From contig NC_042998.1 in assembly GCF_006345805.1 (NCBI RefSeq), positions 195,176,001-195,240,000 of the forward strand: DNA of 64,000 bases. The letters are read 5' to 3'. Shown one piece after another: positions 12,701 to 25,359 of this stretch. The notes under the pieces are model-generated. The model did not search any database. It saw only the letters and a program-made list of their open reading frames with translations, and was not told the DNA's origin. Position 1 is the stretch's first letter. Every line of letters starts with the position of its first letter. Source of the stretch: Octopus sinensis (lineage: Eukaryota). Made by a program: the position numbers and the translations under genes.

Positions 12701-13256
12701 CATTATCTCTTATACACTCGTAACACCATCCACTTATAATCTTTCTATTACAGCTTACTTGTCACCAAAGGTCTCTCGCACTTCTCTTCAACTGATACAG
12801 AAATACACTGATGCTTTCTGTTTTCCCTCTCCACGTTAATTCTCTTCAACTCCTTCTTTTAATTCGCTCTCGCTAGCTTTCGTTTTCCAAACTTTCTCTT
12901 TTCTTTCTTTCTTATCCTTCTGCATTATTCTTCATTTCTTTCTCCCTTTTTCTTTTCCTTTCGTTTTACAATTCCCACATCAGTCACTCTCATTATTCCA
13001 AACTCATTAAAGTATTAGGCAATCTTACGAGTATTAATTAATTAATTTTCCCTGCTCGTCAAAACTACACTTTATTGCCTACCAATTAAAGTTCAATTCT
13101 TTCGAAATTTGAACTTAAAATATAAAGGGTCATAACTAAATACGGAAATTTATCCTACCAATACGCTCCCCACTTATTGAAGCGAATAGATTATACTCCA
13201 TATTCATTAAAATGAGTATCTTTGCTCATTGAAATAAATTGACTATTCTATCTTCT

Positions 13257-13434
13257 CAGTGGCTGTGTGGTAAGTAGCTTGCTAACCAACCACATGGTTC
13301 CGGGTTCAGTCCCACTGCCTGGCATCTTGGGCAAGTGTCTTCTGCTATAGCCCCGGGCTGACCAATGTCTTGTGAGTGGATTTGGTAGACGGAAACTGAA
13401 AGAAGCCTGTCGTATATATGTGTATATATATATA

Positions 13435-13482
<48 letters not shown>

Positions 13483-13700
13483 GTGTGTGTGTGTTTGTGT
13501 GTCTGTGTTTGTCCCCCTAGCATTGCTTGACAACCGATGCTGGTGTGTTTACGTCCCCGTCACTTAGCGGTTCGGCAAAAGAGACCGATAGAACAAGTAC
13601 TGGGCTTACAAAGAATAAGTCCCGGGGTCGATTTGCTCGACTAAAGGCGGTGCTCCAGCATGGCCGCAGTCAAATGACTGAAACAAGTAAAAGAGTAAAG
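13257..13700 (+). mobile_element. SINE family A copy
   Basis: Complete body with an expanded internal (TA)n. Confidence 0.9.
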
Positions 13701-14103
13701 ATTATTCATTCAAGTGGGCTCTACTGCTCATCTACTAAACTGAGTATTCTATGCCTGTTATTCATATACTATATTCCCCACTGAAAAAGTGCGTAGGCTC
13801 TATTCCACATTTGATATAGTGAAAAAGATCAATACACATTATTCATTAAAGTGCATATATGATACTCTTAATCAATTAAGAGAATAAACAAAATTCCTTT
13901 CAGTAAAGTGTATAGACCCTTCTTCCCGTCATTGAGCAAAGAATACTATACTCCCGATTCAGTGAATAAGTATACAATATTTTGTACTAAAAATGTGAGT
14001 ATACTAGGTCCCTTACTCCATAACAGAAGTGAACTATACTCCTTACTCGTGAACACGTATGTCACCATATTTCAGTTGAAACCCACGCTCTTTATCTCAA
14101 TTA

Positions 14104-14822
14104 ATTTCGTTTACCGCTACGTTCTGGGTTCAAATTCCGCCGGGGTCGACTTTGCCTTTCATCCTTTCGGGGTCGATAAATTAAGTACCAGTTACGCACC
14201 GGGGTCGATATAATCGACTTAATCCCTTTGTCTGTCCTTGCTTGTCCTCTCTGTGTTTAGCCCCTTGTGGGTAGTAAAGAAATAGGTATTTCGTCTGCCG
14301 GTACGTTCTGAGTTCAAATTCCGCCGAGGTCGACTTTGCCTTTCATCCTTTCGGGGTCGATAAATTAAGTACCAGTGACGCACTGGGGTCGATATAATCG
14401 ACTTAATCCGTTTGTCTGTCCTTGTTTGTCCTCTCTGTGTTTAGCTCTTTGTGGGTAGTAAAGAAATAGGTATTTCGCCCGTCGCTACGTTCAAATTCCG
14501 TCGAGGTCGACTTTGTCTTTCAGCCTTTCGGGGTCGATTAAATAAGTACCAGTTACGCACTGGGTGGGGTCGATATAATCGACTTAATCCGTTTGTCTGT
14601 CCTTGTTTGTCCCTTCTGTGTTTAGCCCCTGGTGGGTAGTAAAGAAATAGATATTTCGTCTGCCGCTACGTTCTGAGTTCAAATGCCACCGAGGTCGACT
14701 TTGCCTTTTATCCTTTCAGGGTCGATAAATTAAAGTACCAGTTGCATACTGGAGTTGACTTAATCGACTGCCCCCCCCCCAAAAAAAAATTTCAGGCCTT
14801 GTGCCTATAGTAGAAAGGATTA
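14104..14822 (+). mobile_element. SINE family B tandem tetramer (headless; last unit has the variant tail)
   Basis: Units restart at about 14104, 14285, 14469 and 14650 through the junction aagaaata|g(g/a)tatttcg. Confidence 0.85.
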
Positions 14823-15545
14823 TTGGCAGAATTGCATGGACGAAAACTAGATTTTTAGATTCAAAGTACTGCTGCATTCCTGTTAAATTCATGCCATTCC
14901 ATTTAATTTAACAACAGATTGGCTTCTTAGGGAACAAAACGTTTTTTTATTTCTTTTTCCAAGAATATCACGAAATTCAACCACTTATAGCTAAATGCCA
15001 GTAAACTTACAGAATCAATAATATAATTAACTTATAACTAAGTATAACTTAGTATAAGTAACTTAATATTTCTTAGTAAAACTATTTCAGTTTAGCACAT
15101 TATTAACATAATCTATTCAGACCAGTTAACTATAACTAGTTTACTATAACTAATTTACAATTACTAGCTTGGTAGAACTCATTATGATAAACTTACTATG
15201 AATTAGCTAAGTATAACTAACGCAATAGAATTAACTCGGTGTAACTTTCTTCGTATAACTAAGCGTAATTAATTCAGTATGATAATCTTACTCTGTCTAA
15301 TTAACTTACTATATATAATTTAGTGTAATTAACTCGGTATAATATACTCACATTCGCTGATTTATTATAACGAATTCAATGTAACTTAATATAAGTAACT
15401 CAAAAGAACTAACTTATTAAATCAATGTAGTTTGCCTAATTAATTCTAAGTTACTATAACTAACTTAATATACTTTATTAAACTAAATCATTATGAATCT
15501 CCCCGCAATCAGTTCAGATGTCAGTAGTTTGTGTTTTGTCATTTA

Positions 15546-16028
15546 CCGTAAATCCTCGAGTAAAATTTTAAAGTCAAAATCCCTAGTGCGTATTATATAC
15601 GAGGTTAAAAATGAAAAATATTTTCTAAGCAATGTCCCAGTCTCTATTTGCTGTCCGGCAATGTTTATTCAGACGCATTTTGTGGTGTCGGGCGCGAAAA
15701 TACCTTAAGCTAAGCCTGAAAGCAATGAAGTCATAAAAGAATCATCCATAACTTGCAGTAAACAACATTTATTAAACATTATTTCTTTATTTTCTGCAAA
15801 CAAAATGCACAAAAAAGCTACACGTTTGCATTATGTTATATATACAATAATAATAAAGGGCGTTACCGTATACAGTTTTACAAACCAAGGACGTTATATA
15901 GACCTCCTTGACTCAAGTTAGAGCAGAGGTGCGTATTATGTACAAGGTTTAGGTTTTTCAGAGGTACAGCCCCCTAAAAATCCCCTGCGTATTATACTCA
16001 AGGACGAACTATACTCGAGAATTTACGG
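15546..16028. mobile_element. pogo/Tc2-like (Tc1-mariner superfamily) non-autonomous element
   Basis: TA|CCGTAAATCCTCGAGTA ... TACTCGAGAATTTACGG|TA: TIRs with TA duplication. A second, truncated copy lies at about 40791-41035. Confidence 0.85.
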
Positions 16029-17572
16029 TAGACGTTATTTCGTAATTATGTAATAATATTTATTTTATTTTATCTAGTTTCAGCTCACGAGCTGTGGCCA
16101 TGCTGGGGCACCGCCATCAGTTGTGATTTATATTAGCAAATTAACAGAAACAGGTAAATATTACAATTGAAAGGGTGAGCTACGTGAAGCGTCAACGTAG
16201 TTACACGATATGCTGGAAACAGCAGTCAAATCTTCCTCAAGGCATCTTACGGAAGGACACTCAAAGTTATGTAACCATTGCTCTATTACACTGTACAAAA
16301 AATTACTGAACAATCGCGGTTGGAATGCATTTAATCGTGGATCAAATTAGGGCTGAGCTTTGATTTAACAACATGTAATCTGTGACTATCATACCGTTTT
16401 AGGGATATGTATGTAGCTACATTATAATACTTGGTTATGGTTGTTTGGTTATGAACTTTATTCTAAATCTGGATTCAGAAGTAAAATATACAAATAGCCG
16501 GTTTTTACCAGGTCAGTGCAATCCCTCATTAACTGTATATTAGCAATGTAGATTTATTTAATCAAGTTCACCTGAATTTTGCAAGGCGCATCAAATTATG
16601 CATTGAAAATGATGGAAATCACTTTGAAAATATTATTTATTAACATTATAATTAAATAAAATTGGTATGTTTTGAAAGTATGTGTTAATTCCCATGTACG
16701 CAGACTTTGTGGACACCCTCTATTATTATGTAAAACAATATTGAATTAGTTTAAACGTACACAAATGCATAAAAATAATTTTTAATTGAATTAGACATTT
16801 GAAAATACTCAGTCTTCTGCATAAAATCCAGGGTGCTAAGTAACCCGAGTAGTCATACAAATACCCTGTAAAATAACAATAATAATACTGCCAAAAAAAC
16901 GTTAATCTCAGGAAAGAATTGATTAATTAATTAATTAATGATATACACTCACAACAGGATAATTCCTTAACTGGTAAATATAGTTTAAGAATATACCTTC
17001 AGCTTGAACCAAACGTAACTGAGTAGAGTGCCAATGTAATATTTTTATCTGTTTCGCTTGATCTTCACAAAGACAACGACACAGATGCAAAACATTTGTA
17101 GAATAAAAAGCGGACAAATCGAAAACTAAATTTAAAGAAATTGCCAAATGTAGTGGACAGACAGGGGAAGGAACTCAATATGACATTGTTCCTTAATAAT
17201 AATAATAATAAAAAAAGAAAGAACGAAGAAAGGCGAATTTAACCTTGTTTCAGGTCAGCTGCGTAAGCATTGTTTGGTTCTAGGTTGACTCGAACGGAGC
17301 TGACCTAGGGTTAAACAACGAAAACTACACCACCAGGTCAACAACCGACTGAAGTTGGATACTGATGGAAAAAATAAACTTAGTCATCAACGAATTGTAT
17401 TGTTTTCCTTTCACCTCCAAGTTGGTCCTACGACGGGGTCATTAGGGATTGTGAGGTCAAACATTTATAGGGAGTGAATGTTTTTGAGCAGGGAGTGTAG
17501 TAGTGGTGTATGTATGCATGTATATATATATATGTATATATATATGTGTATGTATGTATGTATGTATGTATG

Positions 17573-17615
<43 letters not shown>

Positions 17616-17819
17616 ATGTATGTATGTATATATATGTATGTATGTATATGTATGTATGTATATATATATGTATATGTTTGTATATGTATGTATGTATATA
17701 TATATATATGTATGTATATGTATGTATGTATATATATATATATGTATGTATATGTATGTATGTATATATATATGTATATGTATATGTTTGTATATGTATG
17801 TATGTATGTATGTATATAT

Positions 17820-18705
17820 ATGCAGTTTAATGCAGGTAAGTTCCAGGCCCTGCGCTACTGGCACACAAAGGTAAATGACGTGAAGACTGGATACACTGGC
17901 CCAGGAAGAATTGCAATCCCTGAGTCAAAATCAGTGCGTGACCTGGGCATTGACATGAGCAATGATGCATCTTTCCAAATGCATATTGCTAATCTGGTGA
18001 TAAAATGCAGACGGCTAGCTGGATGGATTCTCCGAACTTTCAGAACAAGAGAGAAGGAGACACTGATGGTCCTATGGAAAACATTTGTCCTCAGCCGCTT
18101 GGACTACTGCTCCCAACTTTGGTCACCACACAATATAAAACAAACAGCAGAACTCGAAGCAACTCAGAGAAGCTACACAAAGAAAATCGTCTCAATGCAA
18201 AATGTCAGCTACTGGGAAAGACTGAAGGTATTAAACCTCTTCTCCCTGGAGCGGAGGCGGGAGAGATATGCAGTAATATACATCTGGAAAATCCTGGAGG
18301 GTCTTATCCCAAACTTTGGCATTCAAAGTTACTCCAACCGCAGAACGGGGCGCCGCTGCGTGGTGCCAAGGATTCCAACATCACCATCAAAATACAGGTC
18401 CAGATACTGCAACAGCTTGGGTTTCAGAGGACCACAGCTTTTCAACATCCTCCCTAAATGCCTGAGAGACTTACATGGTGTGGATGTGGGTTTCTTTAAA
18501 ACTAAACTGGATCTCTTCTTGTTGGAAGTCCCAGATGAACCTACCTCACGACAGGAGACGCGGATGCGGGCAGCAGCATCGAACTCCCTTGTTGATCAAG
18601 TGCCACGTATCAGAGGTGGATTCACAAACTAGTGTGGCTCATTCAGCGGTGGTGCCCCAGCATGGCCGCGGCCTTCGGGCTAAAACATTTTTAAGGATTT
18701 TAAGG
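17820..18705 (+). mobile_element. 5'-truncated CR1/L2-group LINE (C-terminal ORF2, open 17820-18632) inside microsatellite
   Basis: MQFNAGKFQ...VRDLGIDMS...LDYCSQLWSP...LFSLERRRERYAVIYIWKIL, with a 3' tail gtgccccagcatggccgc. The N-terminal part of ORF 17478..18632 is only microsatellite. Confidence 0.9.
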
Positions 18706-18732
18706 ATTTATATGTATATATATGTATGTATG

Positions 18733-18765
<33 letters not shown>

Positions 18766-18770
18766 GTATC

Positions 18771-18815
<45 letters not shown>

Positions 18816-18881
18816 ATATATGTATATATATATATATATATACATACATACATACATATATATACATATATATATATATAC

Positions 18882-18925
<44 letters not shown>

Positions 18926-19312
18926 GTATGTATACACATACTTAAACAGGCTGGGTCAAAATTCACGCACAAAATAAGTTCAATGTGCTCCGGAATTGTC
19001 AAAAAATTTGCTTCATTTTTTTAAAAATTTGAATGAAATAAATGAAATAATGACGAAAACACACGTACTTGTACATGATGAACAAGATGAATAATTATAG
19101 TAATTACATAATATAAATAGAATGTCAAATGTTTTGGGGCGTGACTTTTGGTCCACCTTGCACAGAAACACACACGCGCATGCACACGTATGTATTTATG
19201 TGTGTGTGTGTTTCCGTGAAATCTATCTTCTAGTACTGTTGACTGAAACAATGCTGTGTCCCTAAAATAGGATGTTATTGCTGCTGCTGTTTGTTTGTTT
19301 GTTTGTTTGTTT

Positions 19313-19684
19313 GTTGAGCGAAGCGGTCTTCGTCCCAGTGGGAGAAGTCCGAAACACGGTCCTTTGCTACTTTGCTATTCGTAAGACCCGCAGAAGAGAA
19401 AGCAGGTCAGCCCCCGACACCGAGAGCATCGACGGATGGATGAATGCGCATCCAGGCTCAGCGGTTGCGTAGGAAGTCGGGGGACAAGAAACAGGAAGAA
19501 AGAGTGAGAGAAAGTTGGAGCGAAAGAGTACAACAGGGGTCGCCTCCCCACCCCCTGTCGGAGCCTCGTGGAGCTTTAGGTGTTTCCGCTCAATAAACAC
19601 ACACAACGTCCGGTCTGGGAATCGAAACCGCGATCCTCCGACCGCGAGTCCGCTGCCCTAACCACTGGGCCATTGCGCCTCCAC
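19313..19684 (-). mobile_element. SINE family C (tRNA-derived), tail type 1
   Basis: Head gtggaggcgcaatggcccagtggttagggc...ggtttcgattcc (A and B boxes), (AAAC)n tail, and flanking direct repeat tgctgctgctgttt. Confidence 0.9.
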
Positions 19685-20084
19685 TGCTGCTGCTGTTTAG
19701 CATCAGGTTGGGTGTGTTCCAGCAAACCTGTGAGTGAAGATATTCCAGCTGTGATCATTCTGTGCTTTTGAATATCCAGGGCTACAAGTGCCCAGTGTGT
19801 CACCTCACCTGCTTTCTTTTAATTTGACGGGTATAGTTTAAAGGAAGTACTGTTATTTCTAGAAGGTCCGCGAAAGTGTAGTGGTTTCTTTGTCGTCTTG
19901 GTTGCTATTCTCACTTCAGAATGCTTACTAGTCTCTTGATCAGTCAACTTTCGACGTGGCTGAACAACCTATACCAACCTGTCGGGGATTCACAGTACGG
20001 GTTATACTATTCATCCTTTTGATCGCTGAATACAAATCGTGGCTCGCGAGACCCCCGTTTCAGTAATTTTCCAGAGTCGTCATC

Positions 20085-20220
20085 TAAACCTTGTATGGTT
20101 ACCCATTTACAGATAAAGTGGTCTGGAGCAACGTGAAATGAAGTGTTTTACTCAAGAGCGCAACAAACAATCAGTCTGGGAATCGAAACCAAGATCTCGC
20201 GATCGGGAGTGCAACACGCT
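20085..20220 (-). mobile_element. Old tRNA-derived SINE fragment
   Basis: Minus strand ggtttcgattccc (B box) followed by cttgagtaaaacacttcatttcacgttgctccag. Confidence 0.5.
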
Positions 20221-20357
20221 TCTCTTTTATATAATGCCGATGCAGTATATTTTATAGGTCTCTGGTATATATGGCTGACGTTGTAGGATATTTGACGGGA
20301 CTTTCTTTAACATGTCTGTCGTTGCAGAATGTTTGAATGCGTGTTTTACACATGTCT

Positions 20358-20774
20358 TATTTCTTTATTGCCTACAAGGGGTTAAACATAGAGAGGACAA
20401 ACAAGGACAGACAAACGGATTAAGTCGATTATATCGACCCCAGTGTGTAACTGCTACTTAATTTATCGACCTCGAAAGGATCAAAGGCAAAGTCAACCTC
20501 GGCGGAATTTGAACTCAGAACGTAACGGCAGACGAAATACCTATTTCTTTACTACCCACAAGAGGCTAAACACAGAGAGGACAAACAAGGACAGACAAAC
20601 GGATTAAGTCGATTATATTGACCCCCAGTGCGTAACTGGTACTTAATTTATCGACCCCCGAAAGGATGAAAGGCAAAGTCAACCTCGGCGGAATTTGAAC
20701 CCAGAACGTAGTGGCAGACAAAATACCGCTAAGCATTTCGCCCGGCGTGCTAACGTTTCTGCCAGCTCGCCGCC
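20358..20774 (-). mobile_element. SINE family B dimer with TSD
   Basis: Two units under one head, flanked by tgttttacacatgtct and tgttttacacgtatct. Confidence 0.9.
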
Positions 20775-21195
20775 TTGTTTTACACGTATCTGTTAAAACT
20801 GAATATCAACGCAAGATGTTTTAAAGGTCACTGTTATTCATGGTTGCCGATTTAGAATATTTTAAAGTATGCTCCAGTCTCTTTGATATATGGTTATGAT
20901 TGTGGTATGTTTTTTTAAAGGTTCTCTGTTACACATGACTGCTGGCGTGTGTCTAAACTGGCTGTTGATGGGTTTTTAGTAGAGAAAGATAAATTTATAG
21001 TCTAAAATATAAGCCTCAGGTTGTACCTTTAAGCATAATGCTTGGCATGTGAAAAGTAGGGGAAGACTATGCTCATATTAAAGATAACCTTTACCTTTAC
21101 GAAAATCTTAATTACCCGAGAATTAATTGGAGAAATTACAGAGATGTACTTGCATAGCGATTGACTTGATCTGAGATCGTGTGCTGGAACGAAAA

Positions 21196-21398
21196 CAATT
21201 GCAGCGTGGAAGGTGTTTATAAGCCATTTAAGAAACACACAAAAACCGTTAGATGCAGCACAAAGTTTTGTCAGTGAACAGGTCGCGGTTTCAAAGCGAC
21301 GAAAATATTTTGACAAATTAAATTTAAATGTTGAAGTGAATCTAACGGTTTTTGTGTCTTTCTTAAATGGCTTATAAACACCTTCCACGCTGTAATTG
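21196..21398. mobile_element. Palindromic Penelope-derived mini-element (59-bp inverted arms, hammerhead in loop)
   Basis: Arms 21196-21254 and 21340-21398 are reverse complements with about 2 mismatches, and the loop contains a hammerhead motif. Confidence 0.7.
21267..21317 (+). ncRNA. Minimal type I hammerhead ribozyme motif with G3-C8 core variant
   Basis: TTTGTCA-GTGAACA-G-GTCGC-ggtttcaaa-GCGAC-GAAA-ATAT-TT-TGACAAA: 7-bp stem I, 5-bp stem II, palindromic stem III (AATATT). Confidence 0.7.
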
Positions 21399-21689
21399 GA
21401 GAAAATGACAGCAAAAATAACTTTAAATGTAAAAGAAATAAAATATGCTTCTGGATTGCATTTACGGAAATTACATGTCGACTCGGTGCAGGGAAACGTA
21501 CGTGGCTTATATATTGGATGCAATATTTACAGATGAGTTTCATATGGAATATAAAATTTTGTACCAAAGTCCACTTTGAAAGCGCAAGGTCACAGTGCTA
21601 AGTTTTATTTTTAATTGTTACCCGTATTCTTGACGGAATACCAAAACTGAAAAATTTGCAAATTACCAGATTTTTGTAACAAAAGGAAC

Positions 21690-21820
21690 AAATTGCATTT
21701 TCCTGGATTTCCAAAAGCATTCGATTAGGTATAAACACTTAGACCCATGTATTTAAAAATACGAGTATAGTAGAGTGTTTAGATTTTAAAGTGGATTGGT
21801 GATCTTCTCAGTGACAAAAA
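21690..21820 (+). mobile_element. Highly decayed CR1/L2-type RT fragment
   Basis: A CIFLDFxKAFD-like remnant at about 21693-21728 and LKWIGDLLSD at about 21786. Confidence 0.45.
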
Positions 21821-22496
21821 AAATACGGAAGATCTTCCTGCAGGATTGCAGTGTGTAAAATGCCTTGAAGGTTTTTCAGAAGTGAAATACGTCTCGTGCT
21901 GTTGTCGTGGTTAATTGCTGAGGTTAGCAAGAACGACAGTGTAACATGCTAGAGTGATGCGCGAGACAGGAAATTTTCTCCATTCATTACGTGACCAAAC
22001 AGGTCTAACAGAGGTTAAATTAAGTCTAGCATGAGCGCAGAGAGCATGTGAACATCTGACGTGCATCGAGTCGGGAAAAGAGTTGAGCTGGCTCAGACGC
22101 GTTGAAAAACAAAGCAGTAGAGGCATAATAGAGGTGCGTGTGTATATGTGTGTGCAAGGCTGAGGCAGTAATGCTAGTGCATTGACTACAAATACGATGT
22201 ACAGAGTTGAATATGCCAATGATTAAGGCAGTGCTAGTGTATGGGGTAGTAAATGCTTTGAGATGTGCAAGAGCAAAAGTGTGGCATGCTGGCGTGTTGT
22301 AAGGGACAAACAGCTTTCTCTATGTATGTGCGACCGACCTAGGGTCTTACAGAGAGGAGAAGAGAAAAGTGTTGTTGAACTGTTAAGTGAAATTTGGCGA
22401 TCGAGGATCGAATCCACACTGTGCCTGTATGATCCATTATACATACATATATACATACATACATACATACATACATGCATACATTATATATGTATT

Positions 22497-22513
22497 ACAC
22501 ACACACACACACA

Positions 22514-22554
<41 letters not shown>

Positions 22555-22633
22555 CAACAGATAAGATCGAGAGAATCTCAATATAAAAACACTTTGTAGC
22601 GCTCAAATAATTTGAACCTACACACACACACAT

Positions 22634-22684
<51 letters not shown>

Positions 22685-22769
22685 ACACAGTCAACAGATA
22701 AGATCGAGAGATCTCAATATAAAAACACTTTGTAGCGCTCAAATAATTTGAACCTACACACACCACATG

Positions 22770-22836
<67 letters not shown>

Positions 22837-22923
22837 CAACAGATAAGATCGAGAGAATCTCAATATAAAAACACTTTGTAGCGCTCAAATAATTTGAACC
22901 TACACACACACACATGCACACAC

Positions 22924-22964
<41 letters not shown>

Positions 22965-23167
22965 CAACAGATAAGATCGAGAGAATCTCAAATAAAAAAC
23001 ACTTTGTAGCGCTCAAATAATTTGAACCTACCACACACACATGCACACACACGCACACACACACAACACACACACACACACACACAGTCAACAGATAAGA
23101 TCGAGAGAATCTCAATATAAAAACACTTTGTAGCGCTCAAATAATTTGAACCTACACACACACACAT

Positions 23168-23206
<39 letters not shown>

Positions 23207-23443
23207 ACAGTCAACAGATAAGATCGGAGAATCCAATATACAAACACTTTGTAGCGCTCAAATAATTTGACCTACACACACACACATGCACACACACACG
23301 CACACACCCACCCACACACACACACCCACACACACACACACAACACACACACCAGTCAACAGATAAGATCGAGAGAATCTCAATATAAAAACACTTTGTA
23401 GCGCTCAAATAATTTGAACCTACACACACACACATGCACACAC

Positions 23444-23508
<65 letters not shown>

Positions 23509-23604
23509 CAACAGATAAGATCGAGAGAATCTCAATATAAAAACACTTTGTAGCGCTCAAATAATTTGAACCTACACACACACACATGCACACACACACG
23601 CACA

Positions 23605-23643
<39 letters not shown>

Positions 23644-23728
23644 CAACAGATAAGATCGAGAGATCTCAATATAAAAACACTTTGTAGCGCTCACATAATT
23701 GAACCTACACACACACACATGCACACAC

Positions 23729-23777
<49 letters not shown>

Positions 23778-23878
23778 CAACAGATAAGATCGAGAGAATC
23801 TCAATATAAAAACACTTTGTAGCGCTCAAATAATTTGAACCTACACACACACACATGCACACCCACACGCACACCACA

Positions 23879-23913
<35 letters not shown>

Positions 23914-24131
23914 CAACGATAAGATCGAGAGAATCTCAATATAAAAACACTTGTAGCGCTCAAATAATTGAACCTACACACACACACATGCACACACACC
24001 CGCACACACACACACCACCACCACACACACACAACACACACAGTCAACAGATAAGATCGAGAGAATCTCAATATAAAAACACTTTGTAGCGCTCAAATAA
24101 TTTGAACCTACACACACACACATGCACACAC

Positions 24132-24166
<35 letters not shown>

Positions 24167-24290
24167 ACACACACACACAGTCAACAGATAAGATCGAGAG
24201 AATCTCAATATAAAAAACACTTTGTGCGCTCAAATAATTTGAACCTACACACACACACATGCACACACACACGCACACACACACAAACAC

Positions 24291-24330
<40 letters not shown>
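22497..24330. repeat. Minisatellite of 13 conserved ~70-bp blocks separated by variable (CA)n
   Basis: The block cagtcaacagataagatcgagagaatctcaatataaaaacactttgtagcgctcaaataatttgaaccta starts at about 22551, 22688, 22833, 22961, 23085, 23208, 23353, 23505, 23640, 23774, 23910, 24041 and 24178. Confidence 0.95.
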
Positions 24331-24331
<1 letters not shown>

Positions 24332-24967
24332 GCGCGCGCACGCACATATATATCACAAGTAATGGAAAGTCATAACACAAACGTATATCTTCTGGCGGAT
24401 GCTGTCAAAGTTTGCCTCCCCCCAAATAAAGTGGAACACTGCGCCTAAAATGCAAGAACTCCGGAAAACTAAAAAATGGAGGTGATGCACGACTGTTACC
24501 TTTCTATCGAGGCAAATACGCGTATCTTCATATACGAAAAGAAATCAATTGGGAAAAGAGATGTGGACTGTGCTAATGAATAAGTAGAAAAGATTTAGGG
24601 AAGAAAATAGCTTAACACATAAATTTGGAGAATTGATATAAGGAAAGAATGAAGAAAACAACATTGGGATGAATATAATAAGCGATAACATTGTGGTGAT
24701 GGGATTCCCAGCCATGGCACTGAATCTTCACTAGCGACTTAGTTCAATATTTATTTTTGGTTAATCCTTACTACCTTATAGTAACAGACTACTTTATTCA
24801 ACGAGCTTCATATGCAGGGGGAATAACTCTTTACAGCATAATTCGTTTGTATTTGTCGAACTTATGGTTCCTGCTTTTATAAAATGATTACTTTACTCAC
24901 GTTCTACGACAATAACATTACATTTAAAGATATTTAAAAAAAAACAAAAAAAAACAATGTAAATATT

Positions 24968-25146
24968 CAGGCGCAGGCGTGGCTGTGTGGTAAGAAGCTT
25001 ATTCCCCAACTACATGGTTCCAAGTTCAGTCCTTCTGCGTGGCACCTTGGGCAAGTGTCTTCTACTATAGCCTCGGCCTGACCAAAGCCTTGCAACTGGA
25101 TTTGGTAGATGGAAACTGAAAGAAGCCCGTCGTATACATACATACA

Positions 25147-25196
<50 letters not shown>

Positions 25197-25310
25197 TGTA
25201 TGTATGTATACGACGGGCTTCTTTCATTTGGTAGATGGAAACTGAAAGAAGCCCGTCGTATACATACATACATTCATATATATATATATATATATAATAT
25301 ATATATATAT

Positions 25311-25359
<49 letters not shown>

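Noticed and set aside
17478-18632. 384-aa host protein
   Set aside because: It is microsatellite read-through fused to a LINE ORF2 C-terminus.
18948-19161. Mariner-like MITE (also a possible terminus at about 16700-16720)
   Set aside because: The inverted termini are too degenerate and no clean TA duplication is visible.
22497-24330. CRISPR array
   Set aside because: The spacers are low-complexity (CA)n rather than unique sequences, the repeat (~70 bp) is too long, there are no cas genes and the context is eukaryotic.
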